Assembly (NCBI RefSeq): GCF_001194135.2 | Contig: NC_068983.1 | Location: forward strand, 10,711,065 to 10,746,154 | Reading direction: 5' to 3' | Origin: Octopus bimaculoides | Taxonomy: Eukaryota | Length of the DNA stretch: 35,090 nucleotides | Shown here: piece after piece, positions 35,014 through 35,090 of the stretch | How positions within the stretch are numbered: position 1 is the first letter of the stretch | How the letters are laid out: each line of letters begins with the position of its first letter | Translations under genes and position numbers: made by a program | The notes under the pieces: model-generated | Told to the model about the DNA's origin: nothing | What the model saw: the letters and a program-made list of their open reading frames with translations, nothing else | The model's database searches: none

Positions 35014-35090
35014 CGAATGACCTGTCCGTGTTTTCTTTGTATCGTCTGTCTGGATGTTTTGTGCCTTTCTTGTATCACCTAACTGTCTGG

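Noticed and set aside
34997-35026. Functional hammerhead call at CTGAAGA-GAGAAAACTC
   Set aside because: GAAA is replaced by CGAATG and stem I does not pair; kept only as a note in the hairpin finding.

Overview
This is eukaryotic, AT-rich, repeat-dominated DNA in which I can support no protein-coding exon, rRNA, true tRNA gene or CRISPR array. About 4.15 kb (~12%) is N gaps, almost all abutting microsatellites, as expected of a short-read assembly. The SINE families and dense (TA)n/(CA)n/(GA)n tracts match what I recall of octopus genomes; this is an inference, not a database result. The window holds ~25 copies or fragments of four tRNA-derived SINE families (A-D, my labels) that share modules. 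It also holds two decayed Hero-like RLE non-LTR retrotransposons (one ~3.2 kb, split by three SINEs), RTE-like, hAT and mariner remnants, and several MITE-like inverted-repeat elements. Most notable: (1) five minimal type I hammerhead-ribozyme-like motifs of the Penelope-associated kind, the best being a 64-nt island inside (TA)n at 2927-2990; (2) a 129/130-identical palindrome with a hammerhead-like core in its loop and a candidate 10-bp TSD; (3) a TTA-flanked Harbinger-like foldback MITE carrying TTAGGG repeats; (4) a 140-bp mariner end apparently copied, inverted, into a neighbouring SINE. Protein similarities were judged by eye against remembered family motifs and need HMM/BLAST confirmation. 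All supplied long ORFs are microsatellite or N artefacts, or TE fragments.
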